Source: Nitrospirota bacterium (GTDB lineage Bacteria; Nitrospirota; Thermodesulfovibrionia; Thermodesulfovibrionales; Dissulfurispiraceae). From it: a stretch of DNA of 16,032 bases. The stretch covers positions 1-16,032 of the forward strand of contig JBFLWF010000041.1 of NCBI GenBank assembly GCA_040758355.1, read 5' to 3'. The translations under genes and the position numbers were made by a program. The notes below the pieces were generated by a model, which had not been told where the DNA came from, ran no database searches, and worked only from the letters and a program-made list of their open reading frames with translations. Below are positions 1 through 8,187 of this stretch, piece by piece. Position 1 is the stretch's first letter; every line of letters starts with the position of its first letter.

Positions 1-6
1 TCTCAT
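1..6 (-). CDS. Probable 5' end (ATG AGA...) of a divergently transcribed gene running off the left edge; product unknown
   Basis: Reverse complement of 1-20 reads ATGGAGGCCTTTAG-ATG-AGA: a GGAGG Shine-Dalgarno (18-14) 7 nt before an ATG at 6-4. Only two codons are visible. Confidence 0.4.
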
Positions 7-76
7 CTAAAGGCCTCCATATGGAATTAAGATGAGATATTTTAACAGGATTTGCGGTAAAAGAAAATCAGAATAT

Positions 77-111
77 ACTCGCAGAACCTTGATTTTCAAG
101 GCTTAGCGAGT
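77..111. promoter_or_regulatory. 35-bp imperfect dyad (candidate operator or RNA hairpin) in the intergenic region
   Basis: ACTCGC(77-82)-AGAA-CCTTGA(87-92)-TTT-TCAAGG(96-101)-CTTA-GCGAGT(106-111); both arm pairs are symmetric about position 94. A TATAAT hexamer lies at 127-132. Confidence 0.4.
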
Positions 112-153
112 TGTTGAACAGGCTAATATAATTTAGGGAGGGAGCGTATTATA

Positions 154-1272
154 ATGCAGAGAACGGTTTATGTGGCTGACGATGTTCCGACAAATATAGA
201 GCTGGTTGAGGCTGTTTTCAGAAACGATTCCAATATTGCCATCAAAAAGGCAGGGGATGGAAAGGAGCTTCTTGACTCGATACAAAAGGACGGCTTTCCA
301 GATTTAATAGTCCTTGACCTCATGATGCCTGTGATGGACGGTTTTGATGTCCTCAAAAAATTAAAGGATACCAGAGAAAAAAATTACTTCCCTATCATTG
401 TTCTGTCTGCGCTTACCGATAAGCAGAGCATTATAAATGCCCTGAACCTGGGAGCGGACGATTATGTGACAAAGCCATTTTTTGTGGAAGAACTCAAGGC
501 AAGGGTTTATAACATGCTCAAACTGAAGGAGCGCGATGAATTCTTAAATACCTCCCTCGATGTCATGGAATCGAACCTCCTCGAAAAACTCCAGATGCTG
601 GAGCACACCCAGCTTGAGATTATAATAAGGCTCGGTAAGGCATCGGAATTCAGGGACGACGAGACAGGAAGGCATATCGAAAGGATATCGGATTACGTGA
701 ATCTCATAGCCGAGGAAATCGGCATGAACCACGAACAGAGCATGATGATGAGATATGCGTCGCCAATGCACGACGTCGGGAAGATAGGTATTCCAGACGG
801 CGTGCTTCTTAAGCCGGGGAAATTGACAGATGACGAATTCAAGATAATAAAACTACATACAGTCATAGGCGGAAAGATCCTCAGCGGGACAACCCTTCCC
901 CTCCTTGAGCTTGCCAGGGAGATCGCATTGAGCCACCATGAACGGTGGGACGGCAACGGCTACCCGCTCGGCTTAAAAGAAAAGGATATTCCAATATCCG
1001 GAAGGATAGTTACTGTTACGGACGTATTCGATGCCCTCACATCTGACAGGATATACAAAGCTGCATGGCCTATTGAAAAGGCGCTGGATTATATAAAAGA
1101 GCAGAGAGGAAAACAATTTGACCCGGATATTGTCGATGCATTTTTTAATATGGCAGACAATATAATACAAATCAAAAAGACAAAGGCTGATGCGTCCACT
1201 GTCAAACCTATAGTTCAGCAGATCATCGACGGCGATGTCAGCATTGAAGAATTAGTGGAGCGGTGGCGGTAA
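154..1272 (+). CDS. Response regulator with N-terminal receiver domain and HD-GYP cyclic-di-GMP phosphodiesterase domain (RpfG-like)
   Basis: REC motifs VADD, IVLDLMMP (phospho-Asp) and DYVTKPF; HD-GYP motifs ETGRHIER, MHDVGKIG, HHERWDGNGYP, DVFDALTS.R.YK. GGGAGGGAG RBS upstream. Confidence 0.92.
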   Translation: MQRTVYVADDVPTNIELVEAVFRNDSNIAIKKAGDGKELLDSIQKDGFPDLIVLDLMMPVMDGFDVLKKLKDTREKNYFPIIVLSALTDKQSIINALNLGADDYVTKPFFVEELKARVYNMLKLKERDEFLNTSLDVMESNLLEKLQMLEHTQLEIIIRLGKASEFRDDETGRHIERISDYVNLIAEEIGMNHEQSMMMRYASPMHDVGKIGIPDGVLLKPGKLTDDEFKIIKLHTVIGGKILSGTTLPLLELAREIALSHHERWDGNGYPLGLKEKDIPISGRIVTVTDVFDALTSDRIYKAAWPIEKALDYIKEQRGKQFDPDIVDAFFNMADNIIQIKKTKADASTVKPIVQQIIDGDVSIEELVERWR

Positions 1273-2924
1273 CCCCTCAACTTCTAATAATCCCCCTCGG
1301 AGGTCTCGAAGAGATCGGTCTGAATATGACCGTATTTCAGTGCTCAGATGACCTCATCATAGTTGACGCAGGCTTGATGTTCCCGGAAGAGGATATGCTG
1401 GGTGTGGACTTTGTTATACCTGACTTTTCCTACATCCTTGAAAACAGGGAAAAGGTAAGGGGAATAGTTCTTACTCATGGGCATGAAGACCATACAGGTG
1501 CACTGCCGTTTCTCCTTAAGGAGATCAATGTGCCTGTTTACGGCACTCCACTGACCCTTGCGCTTGTTAAAGAGAAATTAAGGGAACACAATATAACAGA
1601 CATTTCTCTTGTTCCCATAAAGCCGAGGGATACCATCAACCTCGGTGTATTTGATATAGAATTTATGAGGGTTACCCACAGCATTGTCGATGGTGTGGGA
1701 TTGGGAATTAAAACACCACTCGGAAATATTATCCATACAGGCGACTTCAAACTCGACCCGACACCTGTTGACGGAGAGTTAATGGACTTTCATAAATTCT
1801 CGGAATACGGGGAAAAAGGGACGCTGCTTATGCTATCTGACAGCACCAATGCAGAAAAGGGAGGATTCACATTCTCGGAAAAAGAGGTGCGCCGGGCATT
1901 TGAGGACATATTCTCAAAGAAAAAGGGAAGGATAATCATTGCAACCTTTGCATCGAATATACACAGGATCCAGCAGGTAATCGATGTGGCGCTGCAGTAT
2001 GGAAGACGCATAATAATGTGCGGCAAAAGCATGGTAGCCAATTCACAGATTGCCCTTGACCTCGGCTATCTGAAGATGCCCGAAAACACATGGGTGAGGC
2101 TCGAAAACCTGAAAGACCTGCCTGACGATAAGGTAGTAATAATAACCACAGGCAGTCAGGGCGAGCCCATGAGCGTCCTTTCACGAATTGCCATAGATGA
2201 ACATAAGCACATAAAGATAAAAGAAGGAGATACAGTCATACTCTCTGCAAAGATGATCCCGGGCAATGAGCGATCCATAGGAAGGATCATAAACCACCTC
2301 ATGAGAAGGGGTGCCGATGTCATATACGAAAAGGTCTCGGAGATACACGTATCGGGACATGCCTCAAAGGAAGAGCTGAAGCTCATGATCAATCTCGTAA
2401 GACCAAAATATTTCATGCCCATACACGGAGAATACAGGCATCTCAAATACCATGCAAAATTAGCGGAGAAATCAGGCATACCTCATGAAAATATATTCGT
2501 TATGGAAGATGGAGAAATCCTTGAGATAACAGAGACAGGTGCATCAAAGAACGGAAAGATAAATTCGGGAAGGATATTTATTGACGGCAAGGGCATAGGC
2601 GGTGTGGAGGACATGGTTCTCAGGGACAGAAAGAGACTTGCGCACGATGGAATAGTCATTGTGCTTGTGGGAATAGAAAAGCTCACAAAGAAAATTGTCT
2701 CGGGTCCCGAGATAATATCGAGGGGATTTATTTTTGAGGATGCATCTCCGGATATAATAAATGAGGTCAGAGATTTGATGACGAATACGCTTACTGGTCT
2801 TGAAGACGATATAATTTCGGATATCGGTCTTATTCAGGCAAAATTGAGGTCGACGCTCAAAAAATATCTGAGAAACACAATGGACAGAAAGCCCATGATA
2901 ATGCCTATAATAATGGAAGTATGA
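1263..2924 (+). CDS. rnj: Ribonuclease J (beta-CASP metallo-beta-lactamase fold)
   Basis: IIPLGGLEEIGLNM N-terminus, THGHEDH metal motif, VTHSIVD, HTGDFK, SDSTNA, TGSQGEP, HVSGHA, PIHGEYRH; 553 aa. GTG start overlaps the upstream gene by 10 nt. Confidence 0.95.
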   Translation: MAVTPQLLIIPLGGLEEIGLNMTVFQCSDDLIIVDAGLMFPEEDMLGVDFVIPDFSYILENREKVRGIVLTHGHEDHTGALPFLLKEINVPVYGTPLTLALVKEKLREHNITDISLVPIKPRDTINLGVFDIEFMRVTHSIVDGVGLGIKTPLGNIIHTGDFKLDPTPVDGELMDFHKFSEYGEKGTLLMLSDSTNAEKGGFTFSEKEVRRAFEDIFSKKKGRIIIATFASNIHRIQQVIDVALQYGRRIIMCGKSMVANSQIALDLGYLKMPENTWVRLENLKDLPDDKVVIITTGSQGEPMSVLSRIAIDEHKHIKIKEGDTVILSAKMIPGNERSIGRIINHLMRRGADVIYEKVSEIHVSGHASKEELKLMINLVRPKYFMPIHGEYRHLKYHAKLAEKSGIPHENIFVMEDGEILEITETGASKNGKINSGRIFIDGKGIGGVEDMVLRDRKRLAHDGIVIVLVGIEKLTKKIVSGPEIISRGFIFEDASPDIINEVRDLMTNTLTGLEDDIISDIGLIQAKLRSTLKKYLRNTMDRKPMIMPIIMEV

Positions 2925-3760
2925 ATGAAAAAATTCCGTATCTGCATATAATTTTATTTATCGTCACCTTCTTAACAACTCTTACTGCCGGTGCGCTCCA
3001 AAAGGGTATCAATATAATCAAAGAGCCTATCAGGATAGTAGAAGGACTGCCCTTTGCAGGCACATTGATGACCATACTTTTGTGCCATGAACTATCGCAT
3101 TACATAGCATCAAAGAAGCATCACACAAAGGCAACACTGCCGTATTTTATTCCTGCTCCATCGATAATAGGAACATTCGGCGCATTCATAAAGATGAAAT
3201 CGCCTATAATCACGAGAAAGGCGCTTATCGATATAGGCGCATCAGGGCCGATAGCAGGGTTTATTGTTTCTGTTATAGCCAGTATTGTCGGCCTCAGCAT
3301 GTCGGAGATTGTTTCGGTGTCAGGCACCGAAGGAGCATTGAGTCTCGGAGATTCGATTTTATTTTCTTTTTTATCCAGAGTGACATTGGGCATTGCGCCT
3401 GACAATCATGACATTCTCCTTCACCCTGTCGCGTTTGCCGGATGGATAGGACTTTTCGTTACATCGCTGAACCTCATCCCCATCGGACAGCTTGATGGAG
3501 GTCATGTTGCATTTGCAATCTTAGGGGAAAGGCACAGGTATATATCCATAGCCCTTGTGGCAGTCCTTGCAGTATTGGGAATTCTTTACTGGGAGGGATG
3601 GGCGTTGTGGGCTGTGTTGATGCTCATCCTCGGAATCAAGCACCCGCCTGTGCTTTACTGGGAAGTCCCGCTCGATCCCAAGAGGAGATTCATAGGAATC
3701 CTCACATTTATAATCTTTGTTATCACATTCATACCTTCGCCGTTTAAGTTCCTGCCATGA
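2921..3760 (+). CDS. Site-2 protease family (peptidase M50) membrane metalloprotease
   Basis: HELSH (HExxH) inside a hydrophobic segment, ASGPIAG, NLIPIGQLDGGH (NxxPxxxLDG) and multiple TM segments. ATGA overlap with rnj. Confidence 0.9.
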   Translation: MNEKIPYLHIILFIVTFLTTLTAGALQKGINIIKEPIRIVEGLPFAGTLMTILLCHELSHYIASKKHHTKATLPYFIPAPSIIGTFGAFIKMKSPIITRKALIDIGASGPIAGFIVSVIASIVGLSMSEIVSVSGTEGALSLGDSILFSFLSRVTLGIAPDNHDILLHPVAFAGWIGLFVTSLNLIPIGQLDGGHVAFAILGERHRYISIALVAVLAVLGILYWEGWALWAVLMLILGIKHPPVLYWEVPLDPKRRFIGILTFIIFVITFIPSPFKFLP

Positions 3761-4560
3761 GATTCATCGAGATCACAAGCCCTGCGAATCCAATAATTAG
3801 AGAAGCCTTGAAGATAAAGGAAAAGTACGCCAGATACAGGTATGAGGCATTTCTGATAGAAGGACCGCATCTTATGGAAATGGCAGCAGCATCTCCCGAT
3901 GTGGAGATAAAAAGGGTGTTTTTTACAGAGGAATTTTCAGCTAAAAGGGAAGGCCAGAGGCTTTTAAGGCAGGTAGCAAAAAAGGAAGCTCAGCTAATAG
4001 AAACATCGGGACATATCCTGTCAAAACTTGCCGATACGGAGACACCGCAAGGGATTGTGGCTATTGTATCCTGTAAAATAGCGAACTTGGATAAACTCAG
4101 CTTTAAAGGAATCCCTTTTCTTGTTGTCTGCGACGGCATTCAGGATCCCGGAAACCTCGGCACGATTATCAGGGCATCCGATGCAGCAGGCGCTGATGCG
4201 GTAGTAATCCTTCCCGGGACATGCGATGCCTTCATGCCAAAGACAATAAGGTCGACTGCAGGAAGTTTATTCAATATCCCGATTGTTTATTCTGAGCAAG
4301 AAAGCTTTTTTAATTATCTCGATCTTAAAAATATTACGTTATATGCAGCAGATGTTCATGCTCAGACACCTATTTATGAATTTAATTTTAAACAACCTGT
4401 TGCCATTGCCTTTGGAAATGAGGCCCATGGTGTTAGCGAGGTATTGCTCAAAAGGGCAAAGGGTTTAAAAATTCCAATTGTAGGAAAGGCAGAGAGCCTG
4501 AATGTTGCCATGGCTGCGTCTGTATGTCTGTATGAGGTTGTAAGGCAGAGACTGGATTAG
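3757..4560 (+). CDS. TrmH/SpoU-family (SPOUT) RNA 2'-O-methyltransferase
   Basis: ITSPANP and FLIEG N-terminal substrate-binding domain, TETPQGI, IQDPGNLGTIIR (motif 1), FGNEAHG (motif 2), ESLNVAMA (motif 3). ATGA overlap with the upstream gene. Confidence 0.92.
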   Translation: MRFIEITSPANPIIREALKIKEKYARYRYEAFLIEGPHLMEMAAASPDVEIKRVFFTEEFSAKREGQRLLRQVAKKEAQLIETSGHILSKLADTETPQGIVAIVSCKIANLDKLSFKGIPFLVVCDGIQDPGNLGTIIRASDAAGADAVVILPGTCDAFMPKTIRSTAGSLFNIPIVYSEQESFFNYLDLKNITLYAADVHAQTPIYEFNFKQPVAIAFGNEAHGVSEVLLKRAKGLKIPIVGKAESLNVAMAASVCLYEVVRQRLD

Positions 4561-4573
4561 AGTTTTTTTCTGA

Positions 4574-4603
4574 TTAACATTTTTTAATGTAATTGGTTAT
4601 ACT
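4574..4603 (+). promoter_or_regulatory. Candidate sigma70 promoter for the rplI-dnaB operon
   Basis: TTAACA (4574-4579), 18-bp spacer, TATACT (4598-4603) in an AT-rich intergenic region. RBS AAGGAG at 4628-4633 precedes the rplI ATG. Confidence 0.5.
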
Positions 4604-4616
4604 AACTTATACTAAC
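4597..4616. repeat. Perfect 10-bp tandem duplication TTATACTAAC x2
   Basis: Seen directly at 4597-4606 and 4607-4616; each copy contains a TATACT -10-like hexamer. Confidence 0.85.
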
Positions 4617-4641
4617 AATAGGATCGAAAGGAGAGTTTTGT

Positions 4642-5085
4642 ATGCAGGTTATTCTTAAAGAGAATGTTAAGGATTTAGGCCACATTGGTGATGTGGTGAA
4701 TGTCAAGGACGGACATGCAAGGAATTTTCTGATACCGAAGGGGCTTGCAGTTGAGGCAAACCCTAAGAATATCAAGGCGCTGGAGCACGAAAAGAGAAAG
4801 ATCCATGAGCTTGCAAAAAAGGCAAAGGCATCTGCCGAGGAACTGGCGGCCAGGGTTTCTGGAACATCTGTCACAATAAAGGCCAAGACAGGGGAAGAGG
4901 ATAAGCTATTCGGCTCTGTTACGGCCATTGACATTGCCGATGCACTGAAGAAGGAAGGCATGGACATTGACAAAAAGAAGATCGTACTGGATGAGCCCAT
5001 AAAGAGGCTTGGAAGTTATACGGTTAATGTGAAGATCCATTCTGATGTTACAGCACAGCTCAATGTTCAGGTAGTAAGTGAGTAA
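4642..5085 (+). CDS. rplI: 50S ribosomal protein L9
   Basis: MQVILKENVKDLGHIGDVVNVKDGHARNFLIPKGLA N-terminal signature, KLFGSVT, PIKRLG; 147 aa; adjacent to dnaB. Confidence 0.97.
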   Translation: MQVILKENVKDLGHIGDVVNVKDGHARNFLIPKGLAVEANPKNIKALEHEKRKIHELAKKAKASAEELAARVSGTSVTIKAKTGEEDKLFGSVTAIDIADALKKEGMDIDKKKIVLDEPIKRLGSYTVNVKIHSDVTAQLNVQVVSE

Positions 5086-5186
5086 ATGAGTAAATGGGTA
5101 GAAGAGTAGATGAGTAATTAAGAAAAAGTTAGCAGAAATTAATTGAAATCTCATTAACTCATATACTCATGCACCCATCAACTTCA
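5079..5186. repeat. Inverted array of degenerate 8-bp tandem repeats (TGAGTAAA-type arm followed by complementary arm); predicted long hairpin
   Basis: Left arm: TGAGTAAA TGAGTAAA TGGGTAGA AGAGTAGA TGAGTAAT (5079-5118). Right arm: AAATCTCA TTAACTCA TATACTCA TGCACCCA TCAACTTCA (5146-5186). Confidence 0.85.
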
Positions 5187-5199
5187 TTTGGAGGTAACA

Positions 5200-6594
5200 T
5201 TGAGAGAGGTTGATTTAGGCTCAAGAGATATGCCAAGAGACATGATAGACAAACTGCCTCCACAGAATATAGAAGCAGAGCAGTCTGTCCTTGGCGCTAT
5301 TATATTTGATAACGAAGCACTGCCAAAGGCTCTCGAAGTACTGGGTTCTGACGACTTCTACAAGGAAACCCACAGGCGTTTATACAATGCCATGCTCGGG
5401 CTTTTTGAAAAAAATGAGCCGATAGACATCGTAACCCTGACGGATTATCTGAGAAGGACTGACGAGCTTGAGGCGGTGGGCGGTATTTCGTATCTTTCGC
5501 ATCTCGCAAACAGTATTCCAACATCTGCAAACATACGGTATCACGCAAAGATAGTCCGTGAGAAAGCCCTTTTGAGGTCATTGATACAGACAGCCACGCA
5601 CATTACTTCGAGGGTTTACGAGGACAGTCTCGATGCAGATGAGATGGTGGATTATGCAGAGAGGATGATATTTGACATTGCGGACAAAAGGACAAAGACC
5701 TCTTTTGCGAGCCTGAAGGATGTTATCAAAGACACCTTCAAGATGATAGAGCACCTCTATGACAAAAAGGAGGCCATTACAGGTGTTCCTTCTGGCTTTA
5801 AGGACATCGATGAACTCACATCCGGATTCCAGCCAGGAGATTTGATAATCATAGGCGGAAGGCCCGGTATGGGCAAGACCGCCTTTGCCCTTAACATAGC
5901 CCAGCATGTTGCCATTGATCTAAAAGAGCCTATAGCGGTTTTCAGCCTTGAGATGTCAAAGGAGCAGTTGGCCATGAGGATGCTGTGTGCAGAAAGCATG
6001 GTCAATGCATCCTCTGTGAGAAAAGGGTTTATAAGCAAACAGGACTGGCCCAAACTGACAAATGCAGCAGGAAGGCTTGCTGATGCCCCCATATTCATAG
6101 ACGATTCCTCTGCCATTACAGTGCTGGAGGTTCGTGCCAAGGCGAGGAGATTGAAGATGGAGCATGGAGGATTAAGCCTCGTTGTGGTTGACTATCTCCA
6201 GCTCATGAGGAGCAGGGGCAATTTTGAGCGCAGGGAGCAGGAGATATCGGAAATATCACGATCGCTCAAGGCCCTTGCAAAGGAGCTCAAGGTGCCTGTT
6301 GTTGCACTCAGCCAGTTAAACAGGGCGGTTGAACAGAGGGGTGAGAAGAAGCCTACGCTTGCAGACCTCAGGGAATCAGGCGCAATCGAGCAGGATGCAG
6401 ATGTGATCATATTCCTTTACAGGGATGAAATCTATAATAAAAATAATCCTTCCAACAAAGGCAAGGCAGAGATTATTATTGCAAAACAGAGGAACGGACC
6501 TACCGGAACGGTCAATCTCACATATCTTGCAGACAGTACACGGTTTGTTGATTTTGCGGGTATGTCCTACGAATCAGAAGAGGAAGTTTATTAG
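5200..6594 (+). CDS. dnaB: Replicative DNA helicase DnaB
   Basis: LPPQNIEAEQSVLG, Walker A GGRPGMGKT, FSLEMS, VVVDYLQLM, LSQLNR, LADLRESGAIEQDAD, IIAKQRNGPTG. Start placed at the in-frame TTG at 5200 because GGAGGT lies at 5190-5195; ATGs at 5230 and 5242 are alternatives. No intein visible. Confidence 0.96.
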   Translation: MREVDLGSRDMPRDMIDKLPPQNIEAEQSVLGAIIFDNEALPKALEVLGSDDFYKETHRRLYNAMLGLFEKNEPIDIVTLTDYLRRTDELEAVGGISYLSHLANSIPTSANIRYHAKIVREKALLRSLIQTATHITSRVYEDSLDADEMVDYAERMIFDIADKRTKTSFASLKDVIKDTFKMIEHLYDKKEAITGVPSGFKDIDELTSGFQPGDLIIIGGRPGMGKTAFALNIAQHVAIDLKEPIAVFSLEMSKEQLAMRMLCAESMVNASSVRKGFISKQDWPKLTNAAGRLADAPIFIDDSSAITVLEVRAKARRLKMEHGGLSLVVVDYLQLMRSRGNFERREQEISEISRSLKALAKELKVPVVALSQLNRAVEQRGEKKPTLADLRESGAIEQDADVIIFLYRDEIYNKNNPSNKGKAEIIIAKQRNGPTGTVNLTYLADSTRFVDFAGMSYESEEEVY

Positions 6595-6598
6595 AGAT

Positions 6599-7402
6599 AT
6601 GCATAGGAAACCGGCAGTAGCAGGACAATTTTATTATGGCACTGCATCGAGACTAAAAAGTCAGGTAGGGCAATATATCATTGAAGATGCAGCAAAGGAA
6701 AAGGTCATAGGCCTCATATCTCCACACGCAGGATTGATGTATTCAGGGCATGTTGCAGGGGCTGTATATTCCTCGATACAATTTCCAAAGACCTTTATCC
6801 TCATAGGCCCGAATCATACAGGGCTTGGGGCGAATGTATCCATGATGGCTTCAGGGCAGTGGGAGATACCAACAGGGACATTTTCCATAGATGAAGACCT
6901 GAGTAAAAAGATATTGCAAAAAGTGGCTTATGTATCTGAGGATATGCAGGCGCACATATTTGAACATTCCCTTGAGGTGCAATTGCCTTTTATCGCTTAT
7001 TTTTCGGAAACCGTTAAGATCGTCCCCATAACCGTAATGCAAGCTTCGCTTGAGGAGTGCAGAAAGATCGGGGAAGGGATTGCGGATGCTGTAAAAGAAG
7101 TCGATTACGATGTTGTGATTGCTGCAAGCTCTGATATGAGCCATTATGAGCCTGATGATGTTGCGAGAAGACTCGACAGCCTTGCCATCAACGAGGCTCT
7201 CAATCTGAATCCTGAAGGCTTATATAACATCGTTCACAAGGAGAGGATCTCCATGTGCGGCTTTCTGCCTGCAACTATAATGCTCTATGCTGCAAAGGCG
7301 CTTGGTGCAAAGGAGGCCAGGCTTGTGAAATATGCCACTTCAGGCGATGTGAGCGGCGATTATGAACAGGTTGTCGGATATGCAGGGGTAATAGTTAAAT
7401 GA
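6599..7402 (+). CDS. amrB: MEMO1-family protein (AmmeMemoRadiSam system protein B)
   Basis: RKPAVAGQFY start, SPHAGLMYSG, IGPNHTG, EHSLEVQLPF, ASSDMSHY, SMCG, VVGYAG. Likely start is the ATG at 6599, 4 nt after the dnaB stop, not 6425. Confidence 0.9.
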   Translation: MHRKPAVAGQFYYGTASRLKSQVGQYIIEDAAKEKVIGLISPHAGLMYSGHVAGAVYSSIQFPKTFILIGPNHTGLGANVSMMASGQWEIPTGTFSIDEDLSKKILQKVAYVSEDMQAHIFEHSLEVQLPFIAYFSETVKIVPITVMQASLEECRKIGEGIADAVKEVDYDVVIAASSDMSHYEPDDVARRLDSLAINEALNLNPEGLYNIVHKERISMCGFLPATIMLYAAKALGAKEARLVKYATSGDVSGDYEQVVGYAGVIVK

Positions 7403-7974
7403 CCGGAGTTGTTTTAGCCGGAGGCAAAAATCTAAGATTTCCCACGCTGAAGAGTTTTATAAAAATCGATAACTCCACAATTATAGAGAAAAACCTTGCC
7501 TTGCTTGGAGACATCTTTGATGAAGTGTTTATCAGCACTAATATGCCGGAGAAATATTTTTATCTCGGCGTGCCGCTAATCGGCGATGTGCTTCCTTCAA
7601 GAGGGCCCATGTCAGGGATATATTCGTCATTAATTAATGCAAAGAGTGATTGTATTTTCGTTATTGCCTGCGATATGCCCTTTGTGGAAATGGATGTTGT
7701 TTCTTTTATTTGCAAAAAACACTCCCCCTTTTGCCCTGATGCTACAATACCTATTTATAATGGACAACCGCAGCCCCTGCTTGGTGTATACTGTAAGACG
7801 GCTCTCCCTTATCTTGAGGACTGTGTGTTGAGCGAAAAGACCTCCATGAGGCGTTTGTTAAGCGAAATTAACACTAATTTTATTGGAGAGTCTGATATAA
7901 TGACAATAGACCCGGATGGCAGGTCTTTTGTTAATATAAATACTATGGAAGACTATGAAAAGCTAAGGAGGTAA
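7399..7974 (+). CDS. mobA: Molybdenum cofactor guanylyltransferase (MobA-like NTP transferase)
   Basis: GVVLAGG...R, GPMSGIYSSL, IACDMPF, QPLLGVY, FVNINT motifs; 191 aa. ATGA overlap with the upstream gene. Confidence 0.85.
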   Translation: MTGVVLAGGKNLRFPTLKSFIKIDNSTIIEKNLALLGDIFDEVFISTNMPEKYFYLGVPLIGDVLPSRGPMSGIYSSLINAKSDCIFVIACDMPFVEMDVVSFICKKHSPFCPDATIPIYNGQPQPLLGVYCKTALPYLEDCVLSEKTSMRRLLSEINTNFIGESDIMTIDPDGRSFVNINTMEDYEKLRR

Positions 7975-7977
7975 TGT

Positions 7978-8187
7978 ATGTTCGGTCTTGGAATGCAGGA
8001 GCTGATAATTGTATTGGTGATAATCCTTATCCTGTTCGGAGCAAAGAGATTGCCCGAATTAGCCGGTGGTATAGGCAAGGCGATCAAGAGCTTTAAAAAA
8101 GGGATGTCCGAGCCTGAAGAGATAGATGTGACCCCTAAAAAGCCTGCATCAGAAAGCAAGGAAGGAACAGAAGGGAAAAAGGAATAA
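7978..8187 (+). CDS. tatA: Twin-arginine translocase TatA/TatE subunit
   Basis: [43 protein letters not shown] helix, FG hinge, amphipathic helix and charged tail. AAGGAGGT RBS. Confidence 0.95.
   Translation: MFGLGMQELIIVLVIILILFGAKRLPELAGGIGKAIKSFKKGMSEPEEIDVTPKKPASESKEGTEGKKE

Noticed and set aside
89..99. TTGATTTTCAA as an FNR/CRP box
   Set aside because: Spacing does not fit TTGAT-N4-ATCAA; kept only as an unassigned dyad.
6425..6598. 58-aa N-terminal extension of the MEMO1 ORF
   Set aside because: It overlaps the conserved dnaB C-terminus; the family-typical start MHRKPAVAGQFY begins at ATG 6599.
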